Shown: positions 18,869 through 28,525 of the stretch, one piece after another
Numbering within the stretch: position 1 is the stretch's first letter
How the letters are laid out: each line of letters begins with the position of its first letter
From: an uncultured Alphaproteobacteria bacterium
GTDB lineage: Bacteria > Pseudomonadota > Alphaproteobacteria > Rhizobiales > Xanthobacteraceae
Direction: 5' to 3'
Assembly: GCA_963771745.1 (NCBI GenBank)
Contig: CAVYUU010000010.1
Span: 139,501-203,500, forward strand
DNA: 64,000 nucleotides
The notes under the pieces: generated by a model
Databases searched by the model: none
Seen by the model: only the letters and a program-made list of their open reading frames with translations
Told to the model about the DNA's origin: nothing
Translations under genes and position numbers: made by a program

Positions 18869-19255
18869 CTACCCGAAATCCTCTGGCTTCAGCTCGATCG
18901 GCATGCCGTGCGGCGTGCGGTCGGCGGCGTGATCCCAGGCGTGGACATAACGCTGCAACGTTGTGGCATCGGTGACGCCCTTCTCGGCGACGATGCGCTC
19001 GAGCGCGGCGAGCCAGTGCCGGTAGTAGGTTTCGCCGGTGTCGGGATCGCCGGCGGCCTGCGCCTTCTTGATCTCGTCGCCGAGGATCGCCGCCCACTCC
19101 GGCCACTGGAACAGCCCCCGGTCATAGAGATGCAGCGCCATGGCGAATGCCTGCGCCTCCCATGGCTCGCGGAACACCGGCCCCTCGGCATCGCAGGGAA
19201 TGCTCGGCACCGCCTCGGCGGCGCGGCGCGCGGCGGTGGGATCGATGCTGGTCAT
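18869..19255 (-). CDS. Nitrile hydratase accessory/activator protein (P14K/NhhG type)
   Basis: GPVFREPWEAQAFAMALHL...FQWPEWA...YYRHWLAALE...TPHGMPIEL; directly downstream of the beta subunit. Confidence 0.9.
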   Translation of the reverse strand: MTSIDPTAARRAAEAVPSIPCDAEGPVFREPWEAQAFAMALHLYDRGLFQWPEWAAILGDEIKKAQAAGDPDTGETYYRHWLAALERIVAEKGVTDATTLQRYVHAWDHAADRTPHGMPIELKPEDFG

Positions 19256-19265
19256 GGCGGCGAGA

Positions 19266-19923
19266 CTACGCCGGCTCCAGATACGGCTCGAACGCGTCGA
19301 TCGAGATCTTCAGCGTCGGGTCGGCGTCCGGGCCCCATATTTCCTGGCTTGTGAAAACCACGGTGTAGAGCCATTGCGGGTCGTCGCCGCGGTCGGTTGC
19401 GACCGAGTTCGGGATACATGTGGCAGCCGTGGCACAGCTCGACCACGCCGACCTTGTCGCGCGCGTAGCGCGGCAGGCGCGTGTGCGTCTTGGGATGGAT
19501 GTTCTTGGTGCGCACGCGGTCGCCCGGCTTGAAGCGGGCCGGGCCCTGCTGCGGGCGGTAGAACGTGTTGCGGCAGAGACCCGCGCCGATCGTCGCGAGC
19601 GTCATCTTGCGCGGCAGGTTCTTTCCGGCGGTCAGCGCGCGGCCGGCCTCGAGCTCCGCGCGTGTCGCGTAGCCGCGCTCGGTGACGTTGCTTTCCATCG
19701 CCAGCGCCCAGCGCTGATAGTACGACACGGTGAGATAGGTCGCCGGCGGCAGCTTCTCCTGCGCGAAGCGCGAATGGTCGATGTGCCAGGCGCCGGCGTA
19801 GCCCATGGCGCGCTGCATGGCGAGCACGCGGCCCTCCCACGGCGCGTGGAACACCGGCTCGTTCAACTCGGGCTCCACCTTACCGAAGCCGTCCATGCCG
19901 CCCATGTCGTGTACGCCGTCCAT
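19266..19923 (-). CDS. nthB: Nitrile hydratase beta subunit, frameshift at about 19410
   Basis: MDGVHDMGGMDGFG, FHAPWEGR, SYYQRW, RFKPGDRV, HTRLPRYAR; the restored C-terminus PQWLYTVVF...SIDAFEPYLEPA stops at 19266. Confidence 0.93.
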
Positions 19924-19950
19924 CGATCTCGTCCCTTCGTTAATTTAGTT

Positions 19951-19999
19951 GAGCATGATCTTTTCCGAAAACCGGTTCCCACTTTTCGGGATCATGCTC
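19951..19999 (-). repeat. RIME/BRU-RS-like element, copy 2 (inside the NHase operon)
   Basis: Reverse complement GAGCATGATCCCGAAAAGTGGGAACCGGTTTTCGGAAAAGATCATGCTC. Confidence 0.88.
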
Positions 20000-20357
20000 T
20001 AGCGATGATGAATATGCGGTTCTTCGTCGGCCTGCGCCAGCGCTGCGCGCTCGTGTACCGAGCTCGGCCGTGCATGGCGCAGCCATCGCGCGGCAGGCAG
20101 ATCGCGATCCGCGGGCTCCAGCTTTCCTTGGTGGTGGTTTCGAACGCGAACAGCCGCAGGCCGGGACGCGGCCCGATGCGAATGCCGCCGCGGCCGGTGA
20201 CCGCCGAGAACGCCGGCGGGCCGCATGCCAGCTGGACCGGTTCGTCAGGATCGCGCGCGAATTCGGCGATCGCGCCGAACGTGCCGAGGCTCCATTGCGT
20301 CTCGGCGTCGGCCATCTCCGCGGCAAGACAATCGGCGGCGGTGGTGGCGCCGGTCAT
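19992..20357 (-). CDS. Hypothetical protein between nthA and nthB (DUF6925-like N-terminus from memory; probably truncated or internally deleted)
   Basis: ATG overlaps the nthA stop (ATGA). [41 protein letters not shown]...RGGIRI...IAICLP has normal coding bias, then loses frame just before the repeat. Confidence 0.6.
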   Translation of the reverse strand: MTGATTAADCLAAEMADAETQWSLGTFGAIAEFARDPDEPVQLACGPPAFSAVTGRGGIRIGPRPGLRLFAFETTTKESWSPRIAICLPRDGCAMHGRARYTSAQRWRRPTKNRIFIIARA

Positions 20358-21000
20358 GCTTTGACCTCGTCGGGGCGGAGCGCAAGGGCGGTGCCGATCA
20401 TGGAGTCGCGGGTCACCAGGTCGGCGAGCTTTTCCTGGCTCCAGCCTTCGGTGCCGGCGGGCCGCATCGGCACCACGATGAAGCGCGTCTCGGCGGTCGA
20501 AGTCCCAAACCCGGACTTCGGTGTCCTTGGGCAGCGTCACGCCGAAATCGGCGAGCACGCCGCGCGGGTCCTTCACCGCGCGCGAGCGGTAGGGCGCGGA
20601 CTTGTACCAAACCGGCGGCAGGCCCAGCACCTCCCAGGGATAACAGGAGCACAGCGTGCAGACGATCATGTTGTGGCGCTTGGGCGTGTTCTCGACCGCC
20701 ACCAGATGGTCGCCGACCCGGCTCATATGACCCATCGAGGCGACCGCCTTGGTGGCGTCTTCGAGCAGCGCCTTCTTGAACGCGGGATCGGTCCAGGCCT
20801 TGGCGATGACGACCGCGCCGTTGCGCGGGCCGATCTTGGTCTCGTAGGCCTCGACGATGGCGTCGAGCGCGGCGGGATCGATATAGCCCTTCTCGGTCAG
20901 CACGGTTTCCAGCGCACGCACGCGCAGCTGCGTCTCGGCTGAGCTCCGAGCCGTGGTCATGATCGTGGTGATGGTCGTGATCGTGGTCGTGTCCGGCCAT
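20354..21000 (-). CDS. nthA: Cobalt-type nitrile hydratase alpha subunit with His-rich N-terminus, two frameshifts
   Basis: Metal-binding motif [10 protein letters not shown] (Thr/Tyr pattern of Co-type enzymes), [23 protein letters not shown]; N-terminus [16 protein letters not shown]. Indels near 20940 and 20500. Confidence 0.94.
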
Positions 21001-21135
21001 GTTTCCTGCTCCCGGCATCCATGACCCTATCTTAGCGATAAGGCAGTGCCATCGGAATACGCTAGAGTTGCGGCCATGGATTCCGGCGCTCCCGCGGATC
21101 GAGTCCGGGGCCGGCCGGAATCACGCCGGGGCTTG

Positions 21136-21663
21136 ATGGAACCTTCCCGCATCGTTGCGTTGGCGAATCGTATCGACCGCTGCAACGCGGCGATCGGTCG
21201 CGCGGTGGCGTGGGCGGCGCTGTTCGTGGTGCTGGTGCAATTCGCCGTTGTGGTGCTGCGTTACGTGTTCGGCATCGGGTCGATCTGGCTGTCCGAATCG
21301 ATTCTCTACGGCAACGCCATCATGTTCATGCTGGCGGCGGCCTGGACGCTGCAACAGGGCGGCCACGTCCGGGTCGATGTGTTCTATGCGGCGGCCTCGC
21401 CGCGCCGCAAGGCGCTGATCGATCTCGCCGGCGCCGTGCTGCTTCTGCTGCCATTCATGCTGGCGCTGGCCTGGCTGTCGCTGCCTTATGTCGCGCGCTC
21501 CTGGGCGATCCTGGAGCGCTCACGCGAGACCAGCGGCCTGCCGGCGGTGTTCCTGTTCAAGACGTTGATCCCGCTGTTCGCGCTGCTGCTTGCGCTGCAA
21601 GGGCTGTCGCAGGCGATCCGGGCGGCTGAGGTGCTGCGTGCGAGCGCCGGGCGCTCGCCATGA
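21136..21663 (+). CDS. dctQ: TRAP transporter small permease
   Basis: Four TM segments, GGHVRVDVFY motif, RETSGLP, ends with ALQGLSQAIR. Confidence 0.88.
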   Translation: MEPSRIVALANRIDRCNAAIGRAVAWAALFVVLVQFAVVVLRYVFGIGSIWLSESILYGNAIMFMLAAAWTLQQGGHVRVDVFYAAASPRRKALIDLAGAVLLLLPFMLALAWLSLPYVARSWAILERSRETSGLPAVFLFKTLIPLFALLLALQGLSQAIRAAEVLRASAGRSP

Positions 21664-21691
21664 CTGTTTGCGATCAACCGCGGAGCCTCCG

Positions 21692-21795
21692 CTCCCTCCC
21701 CCGCTTCGGGGAGGGGGGTGAGCCTTGCGCGGTGAAAGGAAATTTCCCCCTCCCGGCTCACTCCGTTCGCCGGCATCTCCCGCAAGCGGGGGAGG
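21692..21795. repeat. REP-like composite, family C
   Basis: CTCCCTCCCCCGCTTCGGGGAGGGG...CTCCCGCAAGCGGGGGAGG paired hairpins between dctQ and dctM. Confidence 0.7.
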
Positions 21796-21825
21796 CAACA
21801 AATTCGCGACACTGCCGGGGCCAGC

Positions 21826-23217
21826 ATGCCGCTCGCTGAGACGCTCGCCGTCCTGATGGTGGTCGCGGTCTGCGGCCTGTTGTTCGCGGGCTATCCGGTG
21901 GCGCTAACGCTCGGCGGCGTGTCGCTCGCCTTTGCCGGGCTCGGCCATCTCGCCGGCGCGATGAATGTCGCGCTGCTCGGCGCCCTGCCGCAGCGGGTGT
22001 TCGGGGTGATGACCAACGAAGTGCTGCTGGCGATCCCGCTGTTCGTGTTCATGGGCGTGATGCTGGAGCGTTCGCGCATCGCCGAGGAATTGCTCGAAAC
22101 CATGGGCCGGCTGTTCGGCGCGCTGCGCGGCGGCTTGGGCATCTCGGTCGCGATCGTCGGCACGCTGCTGGCCGCCGCCAAGGGCGTGGTCGGCGCCACG
22201 ACCGTGACCATGGGCCTGATCACGCTGCCGGCGATGCTCCGCCACGGCTACAACCGCGCGCTCGCCGCCGGCACGGTGGCCGCGACCGCGACATTGGCGC
22301 AGATTTTCCCGCCCGCGACCGTGCTGGTGCTGCTTGGCGACCAGCTCTCGACCGCTTACCAGGCGGCGCAGCTCGCGCAGGGCAATTTCGCGCCAAGCTC
22401 GGTCACGGTGAGCGATCTGTTCGCCGGCGCGATCGTGCCGGGGTTCGCGCTGGTCGCGATGTACATTCTCTACCTGGTCTTCATGGCGGTGTTCTTTCCC
22501 AAGACCTGCCCGCCGATCGCGCCCGAGCCGGATGCGCCACGGGGCCTTGCGCTGGCGGGGCGGCTGCTGGCCGTGCTGGTGGCGCCGATCCTTCTGATCG
22601 TTGCGGTGCTCGGCTCGATCCTCGGCGGCATCGCGACGCCAACCGAAGCCGCCTCGGTCGGCGCGGTCGGCGCCATGCTGCTGGCGGCGCGGCGCACCCG
22701 GCTCGGCGCGGTGCTTGGCCCGGTGGTGCAGCGCACCGCCCAGATCACCTGCATGATCTACGTCATTCTGATCGGTGCCACCCTGTTCAGCCTGGTGTTC
22801 CGAGGGCTCGGCGGCGACGACATGGTGCATCACGCGCTCGCCGACCTGCCGGGCGGCACCGCGGGCGCCATCCTGGCGGTGATGCTCGCAATGTTCCTGC
22901 TCGGCTTTGTGATGGACGCATTCGAAATCATCTTCGTGGTGGTGCCGATCGTGGCGCCGGCGCTGCTCAAGCTGCCCGGCGTCGATCCGGTCTGGCTCGG
23001 CATCATGATGGCGATGAACCTGCAGACCTCCTACATGCACCCGCCGCTCGGGCCGACGCTGTTCTTCTTGCGCGGGGTGGCGCCGCCCGAGGTCACCACC
23101 CGCGATATCTACGTCGGAATCATCCCGTTCGTGGTGATCCAGTTGTTCGCGCTGGTGGTCCTATGGTTTGCGCCGGGGCTCGCGACCGCGCTGCCTCGAA
23201 TGCTGTACAGCCCGTAA
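21826..23217 (+). CDS. dctM: TRAP transporter large permease
   Basis: LLAIPLFVFMGVMLERS, ATLAQIFPPA, NLQTSYMHPPLGPTLFFLRGVAP; about 12 TM. Confidence 0.92.
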   Translation: MPLAETLAVLMVVAVCGLLFAGYPVALTLGGVSLAFAGLGHLAGAMNVALLGALPQRVFGVMTNEVLLAIPLFVFMGVMLERSRIAEELLETMGRLFGALRGGLGISVAIVGTLLAAAKGVVGATTVTMGLITLPAMLRHGYNRALAAGTVAATATLAQIFPPATVLVLLGDQLSTAYQAAQLAQGNFAPSSVTVSDLFAGAIVPGFALVAMYILYLVFMAVFFPKTCPPIAPEPDAPRGLALAGRLLAVLVAPILLIVAVLGSILGGIATPTEAASVGAVGAMLLAARRTRLGAVLGPVVQRTAQITCMIYVILIGATLFSLVFRGLGGDDMVHHALADLPGGTAGAILAVMLAMFLLGFVMDAFEIIFVVVPIVAPALLKLPGVDPVWLGIMMAMNLQTSYMHPPLGPTLFFLRGVAPPEVTTRDIYVGIIPFVVIQLFALVVLWFAPGLATALPRMLYSP

Positions 23218-23219
23218 CT

Positions 23220-23302
23220 GTCATGCCCCGCGAAGGCGGGGCAGTCTGTGCACCACACGCCATTTGGTGAATACTGGATCGCCCGCCTGCGCGGGCGACG
23301 AC
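23220..23302. repeat. REP-like composite, family A
   Basis: GTCATGCCCCGCGAAGGCGGGGCA...TACTGGATCGCCCGCCTGCGCGGGCGACGAC. Confidence 0.75.
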
Positions 23303-23332
23303 AGCGAGGAAGCCGGGTCGGCTCGAGAACGC

Positions 23333-24113
23333 ATGAAGGCTGCCGAACTGTTCGACCTCAAGGGCCGGGTCGCGCTGGTCACCGGCGCGTCCGGCGGGCT
23401 GGGGCTGCGTTTCGCCGAGGTACTGGCGGGCAACGGCGCGTCGGTCGCGCTGGTGGCGCGGCGGGCCGACAGACTGAAAGCGGCGGTGGCCCGGATCGAA
23501 CAGGCCGGCGGCAAGGCCGCCGCGGTCGAGGCCGACGTGCTCGACCGCGCGCAAATGCGCCGCGCCTTCGATGCGGCCGAGCAGGCGTTCGGCACGGTCA
23601 CCGTCTTGGTCAACAACGCCGGCGTTGCCCATTCGACCCGCGCCGTCGAACTGCCCGAAGAGGAATGGCACCACGTGGTGCGGACCAATCTCGATGCGGT
23701 GTTCTTCTGGGCGCAGGAGGGCGCGCGCCGCATGCTCGCGGCCAACCGCAAGGGCGTCGATCGTCAACATCGCCTCGGTGCTGGGCTTCGGCGTCTCGAA
23801 GGGCACCATCGCCTACGCCACCGCCAAGGCCGGCGTGATCCAGATGACCAAGGCGCTCGGGCTCGAGCTCGCGTTCAAGGGCGTGCGCGTCAACGCCATC
23901 GCGCCGGGCTGGTTCATCACCGACATCAACCGCGATTATCTGTCGAGCGAGGCCGGCAAGAAGCTGACGCGCGATATCCCGGTTGGCCGCTTCGGTCAGG
24001 ACGGCGACCTCGACGGCGCGCTGCTGCTGCTCGCCTCCGACGCCGGCAGCTACATCGCCGGCGCAACCATCGTCTGTGACGGCGGCCAGATGATTGCGCT
24101 GCGTGGGGGGTAG
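23333..24113 (+). CDS. Short-chain dehydrogenase/reductase (SDR), frameshift at about 23757
   Basis: VALVTGASGGLG, LVNNAG, IVNIAS, catalytic YATAK, VRVNAIAPGW. Confidence 0.92.
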
Positions 24114-24179
24114 CCACGATCAACGGGATCGCGGCAGGCTGCCTTCTAGCCGCCGCAGCACATAGCGAAAGGTTCATTC

Positions 24180-25391
24180 ATGGATTTCACCCTCTCTCCC
24201 GAGATCGAAAGCCTGCGGGTTCGCACTCGCGCCTTCATCGACGAACACGTGCTGCCGCTCGAATCCGATCCGGGCAATTTCGCCGAGCACGAGAACATCC
24301 CGGATGCCCGGCTCGCGCCGGTGCGGGAGAAGGCCAGGAAGGCCGGGCTGTGGGCGCCGCAGTCGCCGAAGCAATACGGCGGCATGGACCTGCCGATCGT
24401 CGCCTGGGCGGTGATGTACGAGGAGGCGGCGCGCTCGCTGTTCGGACCGCTGGCGCTCAACTGCATGGCGCCGGACGACGGCAACATGAACGTACTGAAA
24501 ATCCTCGGCACGCCGGCGCAGAAGGAAAAGTGGCTGAAGCCGATCGTCGAGGGCAAGGTCCGCTCATCGTTCGCCATGACCGAGCCGGCGCCCGGCGGCG
24601 GCTCCGACCCGAGCATGATCAAGACCTACGCCGAGAAGCACGGCAACAAATGGAAAATCTACGGCCGCAAGTGGTTCATCACCGGCGCGGCCTCGGCCTC
24701 GCACTTCATCCTCGCGGCGCGCACCAGCGACGACAAGCGCAAGGGCATCACCACCTTCCTCTATCACAAGGATCAGCCGGGCTGGCGGATCGTCCGCCGC
24801 ATCGCGATCATGGGACCGGAGGAGCACGGTGGCCATTGCGAGCTCGAGTTCGACGGCCTTGAGGTGCACGACGACGACGTGTTCGGCGGGCTCGGCAACG
24901 GGCTGAAGGTCGTGCAGGTGCGGCTCGGCCCCGCCCGGCTCACCCATTGCATGCGCTGGTGCGGCTGGGCCAAGCGCTGCATGGAGATCGCGCAGGAGTA
25001 CGTCAACCGGCGCGAAGGCTTCGGCGTCAAGCTCGCCGACCGCGAGAGCGTGCAGATCAAGCTCGGCGAGGTCGCCCACAACATCCAGATCGGGCGGCTG
25101 CTGACCATGCACGCGGCCTGGAAGCTCGACCAGGGCGACCGCGCCCGCAAGGAAGTGTCGATGGCCAAGCTGCACATGGCCAACACGCTGCACCAAGCCG
25201 CCGACGTGGCGATCCAGCTCAACGGCGCGCGCGGCTATTCCAAGGACACGGTGGCCGAGTGGATCTACCGCGCGGCGCGCGCCGCCCGGCTGGTCGACGG
25301 CGCCGACGAGGTGCACAAGATGGTGCTGTCAAAGTTCATGCGCGAGGAAGGTCGCGACTTCTGGAGCTGGAGCGCCGGCAACAGGGTGTAG
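24180..25391 (+). CDS. Acyl-CoA dehydrogenase family protein
   Basis: NCMAPDDGNM, SSFAMTEP, GSDP, GRKWFITGA, RLGPARLTHCMR, AIQLNGARG, ARLVDGADEVH. Confidence 0.93.
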   Translation: MDFTLSPEIESLRVRTRAFIDEHVLPLESDPGNFAEHENIPDARLAPVREKARKAGLWAPQSPKQYGGMDLPIVAWAVMYEEAARSLFGPLALNCMAPDDGNMNVLKILGTPAQKEKWLKPIVEGKVRSSFAMTEPAPGGGSDPSMIKTYAEKHGNKWKIYGRKWFITGAASASHFILAARTSDDKRKGITTFLYHKDQPGWRIVRRIAIMGPEEHGGHCELEFDGLEVHDDDVFGGLGNGLKVVQVRLGPARLTHCMRWCGWAKRCMEIAQEYVNRREGFGVKLADRESVQIKLGEVAHNIQIGRLLTMHAAWKLDQGDRARKEVSMAKLHMANTLHQAADVAIQLNGARGYSKDTVAEWIYRAARAARLVDGADEVHKMVLSKFMREEGRDFWSWSAGNRV

Positions 25392-25436
25392 CGGCATTTG
25401 CCATTTGCCCGGGCGCCAACGCCGTCGTTTCAGCTA

Positions 25437-25485
25437 AAGCATGATCCCGAAAAGTGTGCAGCGGTTTTCGGATAAGATCATGCTC
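25437..25485 (+). repeat. RIME/BRU-RS-like element, copy 3
   Basis: AAGCATGATCCCGAAAAGTGTGCAGCGGTTTTCGGATAAGATCATGCTC. Confidence 0.88.
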
Positions 25486-25533
25486 AAACAATAGGCTTCC
25501 AGGCGCCCGTGCATCCGAGCGAGGAGTGCGACC

Positions 25534-26505
25534 GTGTCGATCCGCAAGGTTTTGCTGGCGTCGCTGACGTTGCTGGTGGCCACCGCCGCCACGGCGCATG
25601 CGCAGGACTGGCCTCAGCAACGGCCGGTCAAGATCATCGTGCCGTTTGCGCCCGGCGGCAACGCCGATGGCATGGCGCGCATCGTTTCGGCGCAATTCAA
25701 CGAGGTGTTCGGCCAGCAGTTCGTGGTGGAGAACCGCACCGGCGCCGGCGGTGCGATCGCGGTCGAAGGCGTCGCACGTTCGCCGGCCGACGGGTACACA
25801 CTGCTGTGGGGCGTGCAGCCGCAGATCGTGATCCTGCCGGCCATGACCAAGGTGGCCTACGATCCGGTCAAGGACCTGGTGCCGATCAGTGTGCTCGGCA
25901 CCAATCCGTTCGTCCTGGTGGTGAACGGCAGACTGCCGGTGAAGACGGTGGCGGAGTTTGTGGCCTGGGGCCGCGCACAACCCACCAAGCTCAGCTACGG
26001 ATCGAGCGGGCTCGGCAGCGTCGCGCAGCTCGCGATGGCATTGTTTCTCAAGCGCGCCGATCTCGACATGACCGCAGTGCATTACCGTGGCAACGCGCCG
26101 GCGCTGGCGGATGTCGTGGCTGGCCACGTGCCGGCGATGTTCTCGAGCCTGGCCGACGCGTTGCCACAGATCACGAGCGGCAACGTGCGGGCGTTGGCGG
26201 TCAGCGGCGGCGCGCGCGCGTCGCAGTTGCCCAACGTGCCGACGGTCGCGGAGGCCGGTTATTCCGGCTATAGCGTTGTCACCTGGAACGGGCTGATGGC
26301 GCCGGCTGCAACGCCACAGCCGATCGTAGATCGGATTGCGGCGGAATTTGCGCGCGCCGTCAAAGAGCGGGCTTTTGCCGACCGCCTGACCGCTTACGGC
26401 GTCGACCCGCTCGGTAACACGCCCGCCGAATTCGCAGCACTGATCGCGGCGGAAATCCCGCTGTGGATCGAAGCGGTGAATTTGGCGGGCGCCAAGATCC
26501 CATAG
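25534..26505 (+). CDS. Bug/TctC substrate-binding protein
   Basis: GTG start after GAGGAG; signal peptide; WPQQRPVKIIVPFAPGGNAD, VENRTGAGG, ADGYTLL, VHYRGNAPA. Confidence 0.92.
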   Translation: MSIRKVLLASLTLLVATAATAHAQDWPQQRPVKIIVPFAPGGNADGMARIVSAQFNEVFGQQFVVENRTGAGGAIAVEGVARSPADGYTLLWGVQPQIVILPAMTKVAYDPVKDLVPISVLGTNPFVLVVNGRLPVKTVAEFVAWGRAQPTKLSYGSSGLGSVAQLAMALFLKRADLDMTAVHYRGNAPALADVVAGHVPAMFSSLADALPQITSGNVRALAVSGGARASQLPNVPTVAEAGYSGYSVVTWNGLMAPAATPQPIVDRIAAEFARAVKERAFADRLTAYGVDPLGNTPAEFAALIAAEIPLWIEAVNLAGAKIP

Positions 26506-26629
26506 CCGCAGGCAAGCGCGGCGCCTCCCTCAGCTCACGGATTTAAGCGTGCGCCGCCACCGCGCGCGGCTCGCGGGGCAACAGGATGCAGCGCGCCGTG
26601 ATCGAAACACGTGCTGCACTGATGATAAT

Positions 26630-28339
26630 CTACGAAGCGCGCCGCCGTTCGACAGCAGTCTCGCGACGCGGCGCACTTGCATTTTGCGGCTTGCGGGCAT
26701 CGTCGCCGCCGACCAGGTGCTCGGCCTTGATGATGCAAGTCCAGACCAGCCCCTCATCGCGGAACTCGAGCCCGCCTGAACCCAGCGCGTTGACCGTGAC
26801 GCGTTCCAGCACGAAGCAGCCGAAGCCCTTCTGCACCGGCGGCTTGGCCTTCGGCCCGCCGCTCTCCCGCCAGGTCAGGCGCAGCACCTGCTCGCCGCCG
26901 TCATCGGTCTCGAACGCCCAGGAGATGTCGACCTTGCCGTTCGGCGCCGACAGCGCGCCGTATTTCGACGCGTTGGTCGCAAGCTCGTGCAGCGCCAGCG
27001 CGACGTTCTGCACCGCGTCGGCGCGCAGGATCACCGACTCGCCCTGGCACGTCACCTTCTCCATGCCGAACGCCGAAAGCTGCGCGCGCACCAGATCGTC
27101 GAGCGCCGCCCCGCCCCATTGCTGCTCGACCAGGAGATCGTGGGCATCCGCCAACGCCTGCAGGCGCGAGTTGAAGCGGGTCTCGAAATCCTCGAACGAA
27201 CGGGTATAGCGCGAGGTCTGGCGCGCGATCGCGAGCACGATCGCCAGCAGGTTTTTCGAGCGGTGCGACAGCTCGCGCATGATCAGCCGGACATGGGCCT
27301 CGCGGTCGTCGCGCTCCTTGTCGTGCTGCTCGAGCACGCGGGCGGTGGTGGTGACGGCGTCGAGCGTCCGGTTGATCTCCGGCACGCCGGTGTCCGAGAA
27401 CGAGATCGCGCGGCGGTGCATGAGCGCCAGCGTGCCCTGCTCGATCTGCTCGATCGGCCGCGCGATGCGCCGCGCCGACCAGATCGCCAGCAGCAGGCTG
27501 AGCAGCGTGGCGATGCCGCCGGCCAGGCCAGTAACCAGGATGGTGTTGCGGATCGGCGCCTCGAACAGGTGCTTGTCGGCGGCGAGCCCCATCACCCATC
27601 CGCTATACGACGAGGTGACGTGGCCGTTGGCGATCTTGCCACCTTCGAGCGAGATCATCTCGTTCCAGCCTTGGCTCGAGCGCGCCGCCGCCGCGCGGAA
27701 ACCTGCCGAGGCCGGGCGGCCGACGTTCTGGTCGTGATTGCGCGAGCGCGCGATGAAATTGCCGTTGCGGTCGAGCAGCCCGGCGAGCCAGCCCTCCGGC
27801 AAATTCCATTGCTCGAACAGCGGCAGGAAGATGCGCGGCTCCATCACGATGGTGAGGCAGAGCGGTGGCTTGCCCTCGCGCTGCACCGGCACCTCGACGG
27901 TGACCACCGGGTCTTCGAGCACCGCACCGTAGTAAACGTCGGAAATCTGGACCATGCCGGTTTGCAGGGCGCGGTTCTGCAACACGATCCCGGCCGGCGC
28001 CCGCCGTGCCAACGGCTCGCCCGCCGGCTTAACCAGGTTTATGAGCTGCTGGCCGCTTTGGTCGCTCAGCACGATCCAGCCGCCAGAGAGCGCTGGCGCC
28101 GCGCGCTCGGCCTCGGCGCGGAAGGTCACCAGGTCGTCCGCCTGCAACGCCGGCGAAGTCGCAAGCTGGCGGGCGACCGCGACCTGTTTGTTAAGGATCG
28201 CGTCCACCGCGTTCATCAGCGTACGGGTGGAGAACAGGATGGCTTCGCGGCGGGTCTCGCGTTCGTTCGAGGCGAGCTGCCAGACGATGCCCACGGTCAG
28301 AAGCATGAACGGCAGCGCCACCGCGAGCGCCAGCAGCAT
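26630..28339 (-). CDS. HWE-family sensor histidine kinase (TM, extracytoplasmic Cache-like region, TM, HWE_HK)
   Basis: H-box ELSHRSKNLL, LHELATNASKYGAL, WRESGGP, GFG; two hydrophobic segments. The true start may lie about 14 codons upstream. Confidence 0.9.
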   Translation of the reverse strand: MLLALAVALPFMLLTVGIVWQLASNERETRREAILFSTRTLMNAVDAILNKQVAVARQLATSPALQADDLVTFRAEAERAAPALSGGWIVLSDQSGQQLINLVKPAGEPLARRAPAGIVLQNRALQTGMVQISDVYYGAVLEDPVVTVEVPVQREGKPPLCLTIVMEPRIFLPLFEQWNLPEGWLAGLLDRNGNFIARSRNHDQNVGRPASAGFRAAAARSSQGWNEMISLEGGKIANGHVTSSYSGWVMGLAADKHLFEAPIRNTILVTGLAGGIATLLSLLLAIWSARRIARPIEQIEQGTLALMHRRAISFSDTGVPEINRTLDAVTTTARVLEQHDKERDDREAHVRLIMRELSHRSKNLLAIVLAIARQTSRYTRSFEDFETRFNSRLQALADAHDLLVEQQWGGAALDDLVRAQLSAFGMEKVTCQGESVILRADAVQNVALALHELATNASKYGALSAPNGKVDISWAFETDDGGEQVLRLTWRESGGPKAKPPVQKGFGCFVLERVTVNALGSGGLEFRDEGLVWTCIIKAEHLVGGDDARKPQNASAPRRETAVERRRAS

Positions 28340-28525
28340 TAGGCGGTGACGAATACTCCAGCCTTTGCTTGTGGCGTCCAGGGCCTGCTCCCGATCGCTC
28401 TTAAAATGTCGCCCCCGACGCCGTCACCCGATCGCACGGCATGGGATCGGACACGGGCTGGTTAACTCGGCGGCCCCCGTCATCGTTCCACCGCCGACGC
28501 GAAATTCCGCGCCAGGCCGGCGCGA

